From positions 24,000 through 87,999 of IMG/VR virus record IMGVR_UViG_3300018475_000011: DNA of 64,000 nt; one strand, 5' to 3'. The stretch's first letter is position 1. Every line of letters begins with the position of its first letter. The stretch comes from a virus (taxonomy: Duplodnaviria; Caudoviricetes). The notes under the pieces were generated by a model that saw nothing but the letters and a program-made list of their open reading frames with translations, searched no databases and was not told the origin of the DNA. The translations under genes and the position numbers were made by a program. This document shows, piece after piece, positions 10,109 to 19,197 of this stretch.

Positions 10109-11011
10109 ATGAAGAAAAGATTATTAACATTAGCACTTGTGGCTTTATGCACGTTATCATTATGTGCTTGCCAAACATCAACATCGGGCAAAAATAAGGG
10201 CGTAGGCGACGAATCAACACCCGAAGCAACAGCAACACCCGAACCCACGGAAGCACCCAAAACGATTACGGCAGAGCAAGTAAATGACCCGTATAAAGAT
10301 GTGGAAGAACCCAAAGATAATACAGAGAAAGAAGAAACCGAAAAAGAAGCAACAGCAACAGCAACGCCCGAACCCACGGAAGCACCCGTACCCACGGGGG
10401 AATTAGCAAGCCCTATTATAAATAGCATTAAGGCGGTTATGCAAGATAGCGAAGAAGCAAGATATTTCTATACAAATCGTGATGATATGGACGTATGGAG
10501 AACAGCTTTGTCCCAAATGTGTGTATCATTTCCTTCAAGCAAGGAAATTACCGAAGGCTTAAATGTAAAGTCGGTAACATCAGAAGATGAATTAATTGAT
10601 TATATCAATACATATAGCGATATATGGAGTATTAAAGAAGATAGTATTACCGTTGAAGGCAATCTTTACTCATATAACCATTCTTGGTTTTATAATCACT
10701 ATATGTCTAATGGCGACGGGAAAATATATTATTATATAATTGAAAATCCCAATTTCGACATGGCATATAGTTATGAAGTAGACGAAAAGGAAGTATACTA
10801 TGATGAATCAACAAAGAATTTGTATTTAACCCTTGTTCCGAATTTTAATTATGAAGAATACTTGTATGTGACAAATGCAACAAATACAATCGAAGATATT
10901 AAAGAAGGGGCAAAATCCAATAGAATGTTTATGGTATTACATTATCCCGATGAAGTGGAAATAAACGATGTTATCGTTCTTATGCCCCGTGTAGTAGCTT
11001 CAAATAATTAA
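10109..11011 (+). CDS. lipoprotein with Pro/Thr/Glu linker
   Basis: MKKRLLTLALVALCTLSLCAC lipobox; EATATPEPTEAP-type repeat twice. Confidence 0.75.
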   Translation: MKKRLLTLALVALCTLSLCACQTSTSGKNKGVGDESTPEATATPEPTEAPKTITAEQVNDPYKDVEEPKDNTEKEETEKEATATATPEPTEAPVPTGELASPIINSIKAVMQDSEEARYFYTNRDDMDVWRTALSQMCVSFPSSKEITEGLNVKSVTSEDELIDYINTYSDIWSIKEDSITVEGNLYSYNHSWFYNHYMSNGDGKIYYYIIENPNFDMAYSYEVDEKEVYYDESTKNLYLTLVPNFNYEEYLYVTNATNTIEDIKEGAKSNRMFMVLHYPDEVEINDVIVLMPRVVASNN

Positions 11012-11083
11012 AAATGGTTGCAAATATATCTCCAATGAGAATCGGTTGTGCTTGACAATGCACAATATTTATTAAAAAAACAC

Positions 11084-11112
11084 TTGACAATGCAATGTAG
11101 GAGTGTTATAAT
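11084..11112 (+). promoter_or_regulatory. SigA-type promoter of erf (class II)
   Basis: TTGACA-17-TATAAT; context shared with the ssb promoter (cacttgacaaYgca..tagRagRtgYtataat). Confidence 0.85.
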
Positions 11113-11179
11113 AAATATATGATAAAGAAAGATTTATCATCAACACAACCAATAAATATCGAATAAAGGAGATGTAATT

Positions 11180-12046
11180 ATGGCAACACAAACAAGTGCA
11201 AAAACCAACAGTAACGAAGCGGTAGAAGAAAAGAAAACCGCAAAGAAAACAGAAATCGCTAAGATGAATATTTTTCAGAAGATGCTTGCAATCACAACTG
11301 AATTGCAGACAGTAGCGAAGAACATGGAAGTCGGAACGGGCAACAACAAATATAAGGCTGTATCGGAGAGAGATATTCTTGATGCGGTTAAGCCTATCGA
11401 AGAAAAGTACGGCGTATATTCATATCCATTCGCAAGAGAAATTCTTGAAAGCAATTTGCTTGAAAGCGAAAGTGCATATAACGGACAAGTCACTAAAAAG
11501 ACTACGTTTATGACAAGAATTATGACCGTATATCGCTTTATCAATGTTGATAACCCGTCGGATTATATCGAAACAACAACATTTTCGGAAGGCATTGATG
11601 CACAAGACAAGGGGAGCGGTAAGGCAATGACTTATGGCGATAAATACGCTTTAATGAAAGCCTACAAAATCTCTACGGGCGACGACCCCGATGCAACCGC
11701 AAGCGTAGACGAAAATTACACCAACAGTAAGACTACATCAAGTGCGGGAGCAAGTAGGTGGAAAAATGCGAATGCCAACGCTAACGCTAATGCAAACGCA
11801 AACGCAAACGCAAACGCTAATGCAAACGCTAATGCAAACGCTAACGCTAATGCAAACGCTAATGCCAACGCTAATGCAAACGCCAATGCTAACGCCAACG
11901 CTAATGCAAACGCTAATGCAAACGCTAACGCTAATAACGGCACTAAATCCAATGCGGGAGTAAGTAGGTGGAAAAATGCCAATGCTAATGCGACACAAAA
12001 TCAGACATCAGAGCTTCCGAAGGCAAGTGGTTACAACGGCAAATAA
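11180..12046 (+). CDS. ERF-superfamily single-strand annealing protein with Asn-Ala repeat
   Basis: YKAVSERDILDAVKP..GIDAQDKGSGKAMTYGDKYALMKAYKISTGDDPD. Confidence 0.85.
   Translation: MATQTSAKTNSNEAVEEKKTAKKTEIAKMNIFQKMLAITTELQTVAKNMEVGTGNNKYKAVSERDILDAVKPIEEKYGVYSYPFAREILESNLLESESAYNGQVTKKTTFMTRIMTVYRFINVDNPSDYIETTTFSEGIDAQDKGSGKAMTYGDKYALMKAYKISTGDDPDATASVDENYTNSKTTSSAGASRWKNANANANANANANANANANANANANANANANANANANANANANANANANANANANANNGTKSNAGVSRWKNANANATQNQTSELPKASGYNGK
11765..11932 (+). repeat. coding hexamer tandem repeat (AAY GCN)x28
   Basis: 28 units counted; flanked by imperfect direct repeats encoding AG(A/V)SRWKNANA. Confidence 0.95.
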
Positions 12047-12059
12047 GGTCAAACAGTTT

Positions 12060-12091
12060 GCGGGGGTGGCAAAGCTATCCCCGCTTGTTTT
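12060..12091 (+). terminator. intrinsic terminator
   Basis: GCGGGG..CCCCGC then TTGTTTT. Confidence 0.7.
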
Positions 12092-12111
12092 ATAAAGGAG
12101 AGCGTATAAGT

Positions 12112-12375
12112 ATGGCAGATGAAAAAACAAGATATGCAAAAGTGGTAAAAATCACATATAGCGATATCGAAAAAGATAGAGTTGACGGGATTATTAATGA
12201 TACGGTCAACAAAATAAAAGAAAACGGCGGGAAAGTAATATCTTTCATGCAAGAAGTTATCGGGGTGGGCTTTTCGACGGTTTATTTGCTATATACGATT
12301 ATATATGAACGTCACGAAGAAATACCTTGCGAAATCTTCAAAGAAGAAAAGAAGGGAGATGACGACAATGACTAA
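12112..12375 (+). CDS. hypothetical protein
   Basis: AAGGAG SD before ATG 12112. Confidence 0.6.
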   Translation: MADEKTRYAKVVKITYSDIEKDRVDGIINDTVNKIKENGGKVISFMQEVIGVGFSTVYLLYTIIYERHEEIPCEIFKEEKKGDDDND

Positions 12376-12697
12376 TCAAACATCAAGCGAAATGATAAGG
12401 GAGATTTGGGCTAGTTCGGGATTGAGTTATTGCGAATTATCTAAGATAGTGGGGATTGCTGAAAACACATTGGCTTGTTGGATATCGGGACGCAGAAACC
12501 CACCGCATTATGTTGTGGAGTATGTAAAAATGAAATTAGCTTTATCATCATTAAACACAAATGAAGATATAATCCGCAATTTGAGTAAAAATGATTTGGC
12601 TGATTTATTGGAGCTTGTAAGCACAAACGGGTTTGGTAAAAGAACCGCATTAGAGTTTTTGGAAGGAACGGATTTAAGAGAAAGGTATCGGGTATGA
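12368..12697 (+). CDS. XRE-family HTH protein
   Basis: GLSYCELSKIVGIAENTLACWISGRRNPP. Confidence 0.75.
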   Translation: MTNQTSSEMIREIWASSGLSYCELSKIVGIAENTLACWISGRRNPPHYVVEYVKMKLALSSLNTNEDIIRNLSKNDLADLLELVSTNGFGKRTALEFLEGTDLRERYRV

Positions 12698-14172
12698 AAG
12701 ACCTAAGAATATCAAAAAAATTTGATGCAAGTAGCGTAGAATATGTAGACCAAAATAGTTTTGATTATATGTATTCTACGCTAAATGAAGAACAACATTG
12801 CGTATTCAATCAAATGATAAATGGTACAAATGTTTTTTTGACGGGCAATGCGGGTACGGGCAAATCATACGTTGTAAAAGTATTCGATATGTGGTGTGCA
12901 AGAAACAATATTAATCTTATTAAGACAGCCCCTACGGGTATATCTGCATTTGAGATTAACGGTACAACATTGCACCAACAATTTCGCTTAAAAATGGGAT
13001 TGGACTTTGAAGAGCAGACGTTTTATCCTAAAGAGTTAGACAATGTAGACGTTCTTTTAATAGATGAAATATCCATGGTTCGCATTGATATTTTTGATAG
13101 AATAATGCAAATATTAACGCTTGCAACGATGAAGCGTAAGCGGAAAAAGAAAAAGGATATTCAGCTCATTATGGTTGGAGATTTCTTTCAGTTACCGCCC
13201 GTTATTACAAAAGAAGAACGCCCTTTCCTTAATGAGCATTACGGGATAGATATAAAAGACGGATATTGTTTTCAATCAAAGTTTTGGTATATGTGGAACG
13301 TACAATTATATAATTTAACCGAAGTTATGCGACAAGAAGATTTGGAGTTTTGTGATGCACTCGATAAGTGCAAAAGGGGCGACAATTCATTTGTTCAGTA
13401 TATAAGAAATAATTGTGCAAAGAAGGAAGTTCCTAACGGAATATGGGTATGCGGAAAGAACGCAACCGTTGCTGAAAAAAATGCAGAAGAGTTGGGAAAG
13501 ATAGAAGGAAAAACATATTATTCGCAAGCCGAATATCATGGAATGGCAACGCCGAATGACAGATTGTGTGATGATATTTTTGAGTATAAAATTGGTGCAA
13601 GAGTGGTAATGACCGCAAATGATACGACAAATAATATTTATCAAAACGGAACACTCGGCACGATTGCGGGAACATCAAAAGATGCGATTAAGGTACGATT
13701 TGACAACGGCAAATCATGTTTGGTTAATAAGCAAAAAATCTCAAAATACGAATATGTATATGAGAATGAAAAGGGCGAAAAAAACACCGAAACAAAAAAA
13801 TTAGTTCAAAACGAAATTGGGTATGCAAAACAATATCCGATGCGTTTGGGATATGCCGTTACAATCCATAAATCACAAGGACAGACATACGAAGCTATGA
13901 ATCTGAATTTGGAAATTTTCTCAAAAGGACAGTTATATGTTGCTTTGTCCCGATGCAAGAATATTAAGAATTTATATATTCGTGGATTCATTTCAAATCG
14001 TATGATTATGACATCAGATGAAGTTATTGAATATTACAATAATCCTTCAAATTACAATTTTTTTGAACCAACAAAAGAAGTTGATGAAGAAATGTGTAAT
14101 ATTATTGTACCGACAAGGTTTGTACGGGAAGTGCAAGAATATATTGAACAATTAAAAGCAGAGAATGTATAA
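12694..14172 (+). CDS. Pif1-like SF1B helicase
   Basis: GNAGTGKS, IDEISM, GDFFQLPPV, LTEVMRQ, YAVTIHKSQGQT, GQLYVALSR. Confidence 0.9.
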   Translation: MKDLRISKKFDASSVEYVDQNSFDYMYSTLNEEQHCVFNQMINGTNVFLTGNAGTGKSYVVKVFDMWCARNNINLIKTAPTGISAFEINGTTLHQQFRLKMGLDFEEQTFYPKELDNVDVLLIDEISMVRIDIFDRIMQILTLATMKRKRKKKKDIQLIMVGDFFQLPPVITKEERPFLNEHYGIDIKDGYCFQSKFWYMWNVQLYNLTEVMRQEDLEFCDALDKCKRGDNSFVQYIRNNCAKKEVPNGIWVCGKNATVAEKNAEELGKIEGKTYYSQAEYHGMATPNDRLCDDIFEYKIGARVVMTANDTTNNIYQNGTLGTIAGTSKDAIKVRFDNGKSCLVNKQKISKYEYVYENEKGEKNTETKKLVQNEIGYAKQYPMRLGYAVTIHKSQGQTYEAMNLNLEIFSKGQLYVALSRCKNIKNLYIRGFISNRMIMTSDEVIEYYNNPSNYNFFEPTKEVDEEMCNIIVPTRFVREVQEYIEQLKAENV

Positions 14173-14286
14173 GAAACACGGGAGCGTTTTGGGGCGTTTC
14201 CGTGTTATTTTCATCTTAAATAAATATCTTGATAGGGGATTAAGATAATAAACAAATAAGAATTGAAAAATAAAAGGAAATATGTA

Positions 14287-14316
14287 TTGACATATACGGC
14301 ACGAAAAGAGTATAAT
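14287..14316 (+). promoter_or_regulatory. SigA-type promoter
   Basis: TTGACA-18-TATAAT. Confidence 0.65.
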
Positions 14317-14392
14317 GGGACTAAAAAATAAATATCATAAAATATAGGATATTATATAAATTAAAAACATTATAAGAAAGGAGTGTTTTAGT

Positions 14393-14665
14393 ATGGAATG
14401 GGTAAAAGGAGCATTAACCGAAGAGCAGAAATCTTATGTTCGTAATAAGGCAGAAGAATTTAATAAAACGGGAAAAGCTGTAAAAGTAGATTGGAATATT
14501 GATAAACCGATTTGCACTTTATGTTGGGAATACGTTGATGAAAATGGCGATTGCGTTTGTGGCGTAAACAAGATTAAGGGCGAAGCATACGATAATTATA
14601 TTGCAAGAAAAAAAGCCGAAAAACATAAAGGCTTCTTCTCTAAATTGGTGGGGGCAAAGAAATGA
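14393..14665 (+). CDS. hypothetical protein
   Basis: AAGGAG SD; Cys pairs. Confidence 0.65.
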   Translation: MEWVKGALTEEQKSYVRNKAEEFNKTGKAVKVDWNIDKPICTLCWEYVDENGDCVCGVNKIKGEAYDNYIARKKAEKHKGFFSKLVGAKK

Positions 14666-15468
14666 TAAGCAATAGAAATTATTACATATTAAAATGTATT
14701 GCTTGCCTTACAATGCTTATAGACCATACGGGATATTTTTTCAAATATCAATGGAATATATCCCCCGTGATTTATTTTATTATGCACTTAATCGGGCGTT
14801 TGGCTTTCCCGCTTTTTGCGTTCTTGGTAGTGGAAAGTTATTATCATACAAAGCATAAAGTAAAGCATGGAATGAGAATCTTATTAATCGCATTAATAAG
14901 TGAAATACCATTTAATCTATTGTATACTCACGGATATCCTTTTGACAAATTACAAAATGTTTGCTTTGAATTATTTATTGGATATTGCATGATATCAGCG
15001 ATGAATATTTCTTTTGTAAAAAGAGAAACAAGGGTTAAGGACGAAGCATTAAAATTTATAATTGATACGACAAAAAAACTATATCCATTCATTTGTTATG
15101 GAATAACATTTATCGTATCTATCCTTATAAATAGCGATTATTCATTTATGGGAATTACTCTTATGGCACTATTTAATATCGCCCACAACGCAAAACCTTT
15201 TAAGTGTGGCAATAAGACATTTGATGTAGAAATATCACGGAACTTTTATATAACGATTGCTGTATCGGTATTTATTTCTATGATGTATAATCCATTATAC
15301 GCAATGTGTTATTTGGATATGCTATTGCTGTATGTAGCAACGTCCAAACTATTTAATAAAACGAATGATAAATTTGTTGTACCTAACAAAATGGCGTTTG
15401 TGTTAAGATATTTTTATCCGTTGCATCTTGTGTTTTTAATTCTATTTCGACTTGCATTATCTCTCTAA
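14662..15468 (+). CDS. traX: TraX-family membrane protein
   Basis: LKCIACLTMLIDH..GRLAFPLFAFLVVE..ISEIPFNL..QNVCFEL..FYPLHL. Confidence 0.8.
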   Translation: MISNRNYYILKCIACLTMLIDHTGYFFKYQWNISPVIYFIMHLIGRLAFPLFAFLVVESYYHTKHKVKHGMRILLIALISEIPFNLLYTHGYPFDKLQNVCFELFIGYCMISAMNISFVKRETRVKDEALKFIIDTTKKLYPFICYGITFIVSILINSDYSFMGITLMALFNIAHNAKPFKCGNKTFDVEISRNFYITIAVSVFISMMYNPLYAMCYLDMLLLYVATSKLFNKTNDKFVVPNKMAFVLRYFYPLHLVFLILFRLALSL

Positions 15469-15550
15469 AATATTATATAATAGAATGACGTTAAGGGCAT
15501 GGCTGATTGTTTCGGCGATGCCCTATTTTATAAGAAAGAAGGTATGAGCC

Positions 15551-16123
15551 ATGAACAGCTATGAAATGGGAGAAGTTGTAGAACGGAAAGAAAAGCGGAA
15601 ATGTGCGTGTTGCAAAAAGCGAATATTGTTAGGGAAATTTTGTTGGGATTGCAGAAAGAATATCCCGTACAAATTCAAGGGAACGGTTGATGAAAAATGC
15701 AATGAAATATTACGCAACAAGCATTTGAAAAGTATCTTTTCCAAAACAAAACAGATAGGCAACATCTCCTTTGATATGACACACAATATATTCTGCATTG
15801 GTAATGAATATCATAAAATTAGCGAATTAAGCAACTTTGGCATATACGAAAGTAATTGCCGTGTAAAAGACGATGTATCGGGATATATTTTGATATATGT
15901 AGATATAATGCTCCTATATGAAATCAAAGACCAAAAATGCAAGGAACGAAGAATAATGACCGCAAGATGCAAGCTAAAAAAGAAGGGCGGTAAGTGCGAA
16001 ATTGCATCGCCGAAGGAACTTGCCGAAATAGAAAACCTTATGAGAACTATGCAATCATCGGAATATAAGAAGGCGGTAGATGTATTAAATCTAATAGATT
16101 ATATGAATGAATCGCAAAAATAA
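15551..16123 (+). CDS. hypothetical protein with N-terminal Zn ribbon
   Basis: CACC..CWDC. Confidence 0.6.
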   Translation: MNSYEMGEVVERKEKRKCACCKKRILLGKFCWDCRKNIPYKFKGTVDEKCNEILRNKHLKSIFSKTKQIGNISFDMTHNIFCIGNEYHKISELSNFGIYESNCRVKDDVSGYILIYVDIMLLYEIKDQKCKERRIMTARCKLKKKGGKCEIASPKELAEIENLMRTMQSSEYKKAVDVLNLIDYMNESQK

Positions 16124-16158
16124 TTACAAAATATATGATATTTTATTAAAATAATGTG

Positions 16159-16187
16159 TTGACAAATGCGTTACAATGTGTTATTAT
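16159..16187 (+). promoter_or_regulatory. CGTTAC-class promoter 1
   Basis: TTGACA aatgCGTTACaatgtgt TATTAT. Confidence 0.8.
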
Positions 16188-16240
16188 ATAATTACAGAGA
16201 ACAACAAACCAAATATACAATAACAAAGGAGATAACGCTT

Positions 16241-17206
16241 ATGTCATTCTTACAAACATTTAATCAGAACTTTGAAGGAATCCACAACCGCATCAATCAT
16301 ATTATGAGTACCGAAAACACATTCTCGGTAAATAGCGAAAACTATCGCACAAAGGATATTGCTAGAACAATCGGCAATATCAGCAATTATTCAGACTTTG
16401 GCTTATGCACATTGGGAAGAACAGTAAAGTTTCCTTCTCCATTCGTTTCGGAGCTTGCAGAAACCAACCCTATGCTTGCTAATACTGTGATTGCAGATAG
16501 AATTGATAATTACTTTGAACACGGCAAGGACACATTCTTTGCAAGAGAGTTTGAAGGCAAGATTTGCGGTATTGTAAGCAATAAGTATACATACTTTGAC
16601 GACAATCAAGTTGCTGATATCATTGCAGATAGCCCCTTGGCAAACAAGAAATACGCTCATGCAATGGTTACACCCGAAAGATTGCATCTTAGAGCAATCG
16701 ACGCAGATACCCCGTTTAGAGTAGACGGCGATGAAAGCGATTTGTTCTTTGCATACTTCATTGATAATTCTATGGTAGGACAGAGTTCTTTTAAGGTACA
16801 GCTCGGTATTTACCGCCTTGCTTGCAAAAACGGTCTTATCGTTCCCATGAAGGAATTTGTAATTTGTAAGCAAGTGCATCGTGGAAACAAGGATATCTCC
16901 GAACAGTTTAATGAGAGTATCGCATTTCTTGAAGAAAGAAAAGAGAGTATTCGTGAGATGATTTGCAATTTGGGTATTCAAAAGGCAAGCATCGAAGAGA
17001 TGAAGGAAGATTTTAAGAAAGACTACCTTGCAAAACAGCTCAATCTTTCCGCAAAGGAAGTTGGAAAGGTGCTTACTCTTTACACCGATACATACGGTGG
17101 AGAAACCAAATGGGCTTTGGTTCAAGCAATTACCGAATTTGCTAGAGATACAAAGAACATCGACAGAAGAGTATATCTCGAAAAGAAAGCCTTGAAGGTG
17201 GCATAA
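16241..17206 (+). CDS. DUF932-like protein
   Basis: NSMVGQSSFKVQLGIYRLACKNGL..HRG..TKWALVQAITE; AAGGAG SD before ATG 16241. Confidence 0.7.
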   Translation: MSFLQTFNQNFEGIHNRINHIMSTENTFSVNSENYRTKDIARTIGNISNYSDFGLCTLGRTVKFPSPFVSELAETNPMLANTVIADRIDNYFEHGKDTFFAREFEGKICGIVSNKYTYFDDNQVADIIADSPLANKKYAHAMVTPERLHLRAIDADTPFRVDGDESDLFFAYFIDNSMVGQSSFKVQLGIYRLACKNGLIVPMKEFVICKQVHRGNKDISEQFNESIAFLEERKESIREMICNLGIQKASIEEMKEDFKKDYLAKQLNLSAKEVGKVLTLYTDTYGGETKWALVQAITEFARDTKNIDRRVYLEKKALKVA

Positions 17207-17212
17207 TAAAAC

Positions 17213-17246
17213 GGGGCAGAGTGAAAAAACATTCTGCCCTATATTT
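17213..17246 (+). terminator. probable intrinsic terminator
   Basis: GGGCAGA..TCTGCCC hairpin. Confidence 0.6.
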
Positions 17247-17268
17247 ATAAAAGGAGAAGAAAAAAGCC

Positions 17269-17469
17269 ATGGATAAAACAATCATTTTTACAATAATCAA
17301 TTACACTATACAAGATAAGCCATTATATGATGTTTATACAAAGCACAAGGATTTTATCCGAAAGAATACGGTTGGAGTTAAGGCAAGCGAATTATATGGT
17401 GTTATGCAAGAGATATCGGCAGACTTGAACAACAATGCTAATGTTGCCGTTTTATTTGAGATTGGATAG
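17269..17469 (+). CDS. hypothetical protein
   Basis: AAGGAG SD. Confidence 0.6.
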   Translation: MDKTIIFTIINYTIQDKPLYDVYTKHKDFIRKNTVGVKASELYGVMQEISADLNNNANVAVLFEIG

Positions 17470-17478
17470 GGGGCAAAT

Positions 17479-17871
17479 ATGAGTAAAGAGATATTATCGG
17501 TAAGTCCATTTTGGAAAACTATAAGGGTTGCGGGGGTACGCAAATGGATTTATTTGGATAAAGTATATCGTATCGTAGGCAAGAGTTGGTTTAATAAAGC
17601 AACTATGGGTGTTAGTATTCATATTGGATATGAAACAGAAGAATACAAAACAACGCCTATATCAAACGAAATATATCATATTTCCATAGATTATTACATT
17701 GCAAACTATTTTGGAGATACAAGCGGTATGCACTTTAGAAGTAAAGAATATGTGCTAATAGACGGAGCATTGTATAAGCAAAGCGAAAATGGGGCATTGG
17801 TTAGTCGAATGACAAAAGAGCTAAAAGGTATCATGGAAGAAATAGGCGAAATGAAGAAAGGAGATTGTTAA
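17479..17871 (+). CDS. hypothetical protein
   Basis: GGGGG SD. Confidence 0.6.
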   Translation: MSKEILSVSPFWKTIRVAGVRKWIYLDKVYRIVGKSWFNKATMGVSIHIGYETEEYKTTPISNEIYHISIDYYIANYFGDTSGMHFRSKEYVLIDGALYKQSENGALVSRMTKELKGIMEEIGEMKKGDC

Positions 17872-18216
17872 GTGGTTAATTGCTGTATTTATGAAGATAT
17901 ATATAAAGGACAATATAAAAATCAAAAATACAGAATATGGTCTGTAATGGGGCGGGAAGGCGTATTGGCGTATTGGTATGTGGTAATGTATGATTCAACA
18001 TTCGATAAAGAATATACGCAACCAAATATCGACTATCCCGAAATAGATATAGATATGCAAGAAGTAGATGATAAAATAACAAACCTTGCCATAGATATTA
18101 GGAAGTTGCCAAATTATAAAAACATAACACCTACCGAAATCATACATTATAGAAAAACCCTTGTTGTTCCGCTTATAAAAGAAGCAATAAAAAAGGGAGA
18201 TATTACACCTATATAG
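17872..18216 (+). CDS. hypothetical protein
   Basis: GTG start after AAGGAG. Confidence 0.55.
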   Translation: MVNCCIYEDIYKGQYKNQKYRIWSVMGREGVLAYWYVVMYDSTFDKEYTQPNIDYPEIDIDMQEVDDKITNLAIDIRKLPNYKNITPTEIIHYRKTLVVPLIKEAIKKGDITPI

Positions 18217-18260
18217 AAAATTATAAGACCGTATTATCGGTCTTATTTTTATTGTCTTAA

Positions 18261-18440
18261 TGTCGCTATTATGGCGACAAAACATGGGCGATATGTCGTC
18301 TTTATGGCGACAAAATGCAATTATGTCACTATTTTGGCGACAAAATGTGGGTATTAAGTCGTCCTTATGGCGACAAAACATGAAATGTCGCCAATTTGGC
18401 GACAAAACGGAACGGCAACGTCGTCTTTATGGCGACAAAA
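18261..18440. repeat. array of six 22-bp quasi-palindromic units ending TGGCGACAAAA
   Basis: unit starts 18261, 18294, 18324, 18357, 18386, 18419. Confidence 0.9.
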
Positions 18441-18472
18441 TGAAAAATAATATAATAAATTGTAATAATGTG

Positions 18473-18501
18473 TTGACATTATCGTTACACTATGCTATAA
18501 T
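18473..18501 (+). promoter_or_regulatory. CGTTAC-class promoter 2
   Basis: TTGACA ttatCGTTACactatgc TATAAT. Confidence 0.85.
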
Positions 18502-18533
18502 ATAACTATAAAAGGAAGGGAGATATAAGAGAT

Positions 18534-18728
18534 ATGAAAAATAACGATTGGATTCTTTGTAGCGAAGAGTTGCCTAAGAAAAATGGAACATACATTGTAA
18601 CAATAGAAGGAATAAGCGAATCCCAATTCCTTTTTTGGAATTATAATAAATTTATTGATAAACTTTACGGCGAACCTTGCGACACGGTTATTGCATGGCA
18701 ACCCATGCCACCTATTTACAAACCTTAA
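18534..18728 (+). CDS. DUF551-like small protein
   Basis: WILCSEELP..VIAWQPMP. Confidence 0.65.
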   Translation: MKNNDWILCSEELPKKNGTYIVTIEGISESQFLFWNYNKFIDKLYGEPCDTVIAWQPMPPIYKP

Positions 18729-18753
18729 ATGCTAAGAAAAGGAGATTACCGCT

Positions 18754-19023
18754 ATGGCAATAAGATATGTTTATACTAAGATATATTGGGGTTCAAGAAA
18801 AGGATTGCAGATACAGAGAGAATGTGAAGATGGACGAATTTGGTTCGGTATCGAAGATGCAATCAAAAATTACCTTGAAGAAAACGGGTTGCAAATAGAA
18901 AACGTAAAGTGGAGTGTATGGTCGGAAGCAAAAAACACCTACGTTGATATTGTAGCAACTGATATAGCAGATTGGAAAAAGCAATTTGAACAAATCGAAG
19001 TGGTTTGGGAAAAATGGGATTAG
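18754..19023 (+). CDS. hypothetical protein
   Basis: AAGGAG SD. Confidence 0.6.
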   Translation: MAIRYVYTKIYWGSRKGLQIQRECEDGRIWFGIEDAIKNYLEENGLQIENVKWSVWSEAKNTYVDIVATDIADWKKQFEQIEVVWEKWD

Positions 19024-19040
19024 GTAGGGGGAATGAGAAT

Positions 19041-19172
19041 ATGTTTGCTGATTGCGAAGGTTGTCACAACCTAATTATAGAAGAAAATGGCGATATGATT
19101 TGCAATAGATACGGAGAAGAAATCTTCCGTATTAATGAATGCGAAGAGTGGCACGACGACGAAGAAGAATAA
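19041..19172 (+). CDS. 43-aa Cys-rich acidic peptide (below ORF-track cutoff)
   Basis: MFADCEGCHNL..ICNRY..NECEEW; fills the gap between genes. Confidence 0.5.
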   Translation: MFADCEGCHNLIIEENGDMICNRYGEEIFRINECEEWHDDEEE

Positions 19173-19197
19173 ACTATCATATAAGGAGAAAATAAGC

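Noticed and set aside
11716-11998. Poly-AL, poly-VC and poly-QT ORFs
   Set aside because: Shadow frames of the Asn-Ala repeat in the ERF gene.
16403-17281. 292-aa minus-strand ORF
   Set aside because: Antisense shadow of the DUF932 gene; no SD, promoter or motif.
18261-18440. CRISPR array
   Set aside because: Intervening sequences are only 7-11 nt, units vary internally, and no cas genes are present.
18260-18505. ORF with repeated LWRQN
   Set aside because: Translation of the DNA repeat array; runs through a promoter and has no SD. The same applies to the minus-strand ORF 17995-18405.
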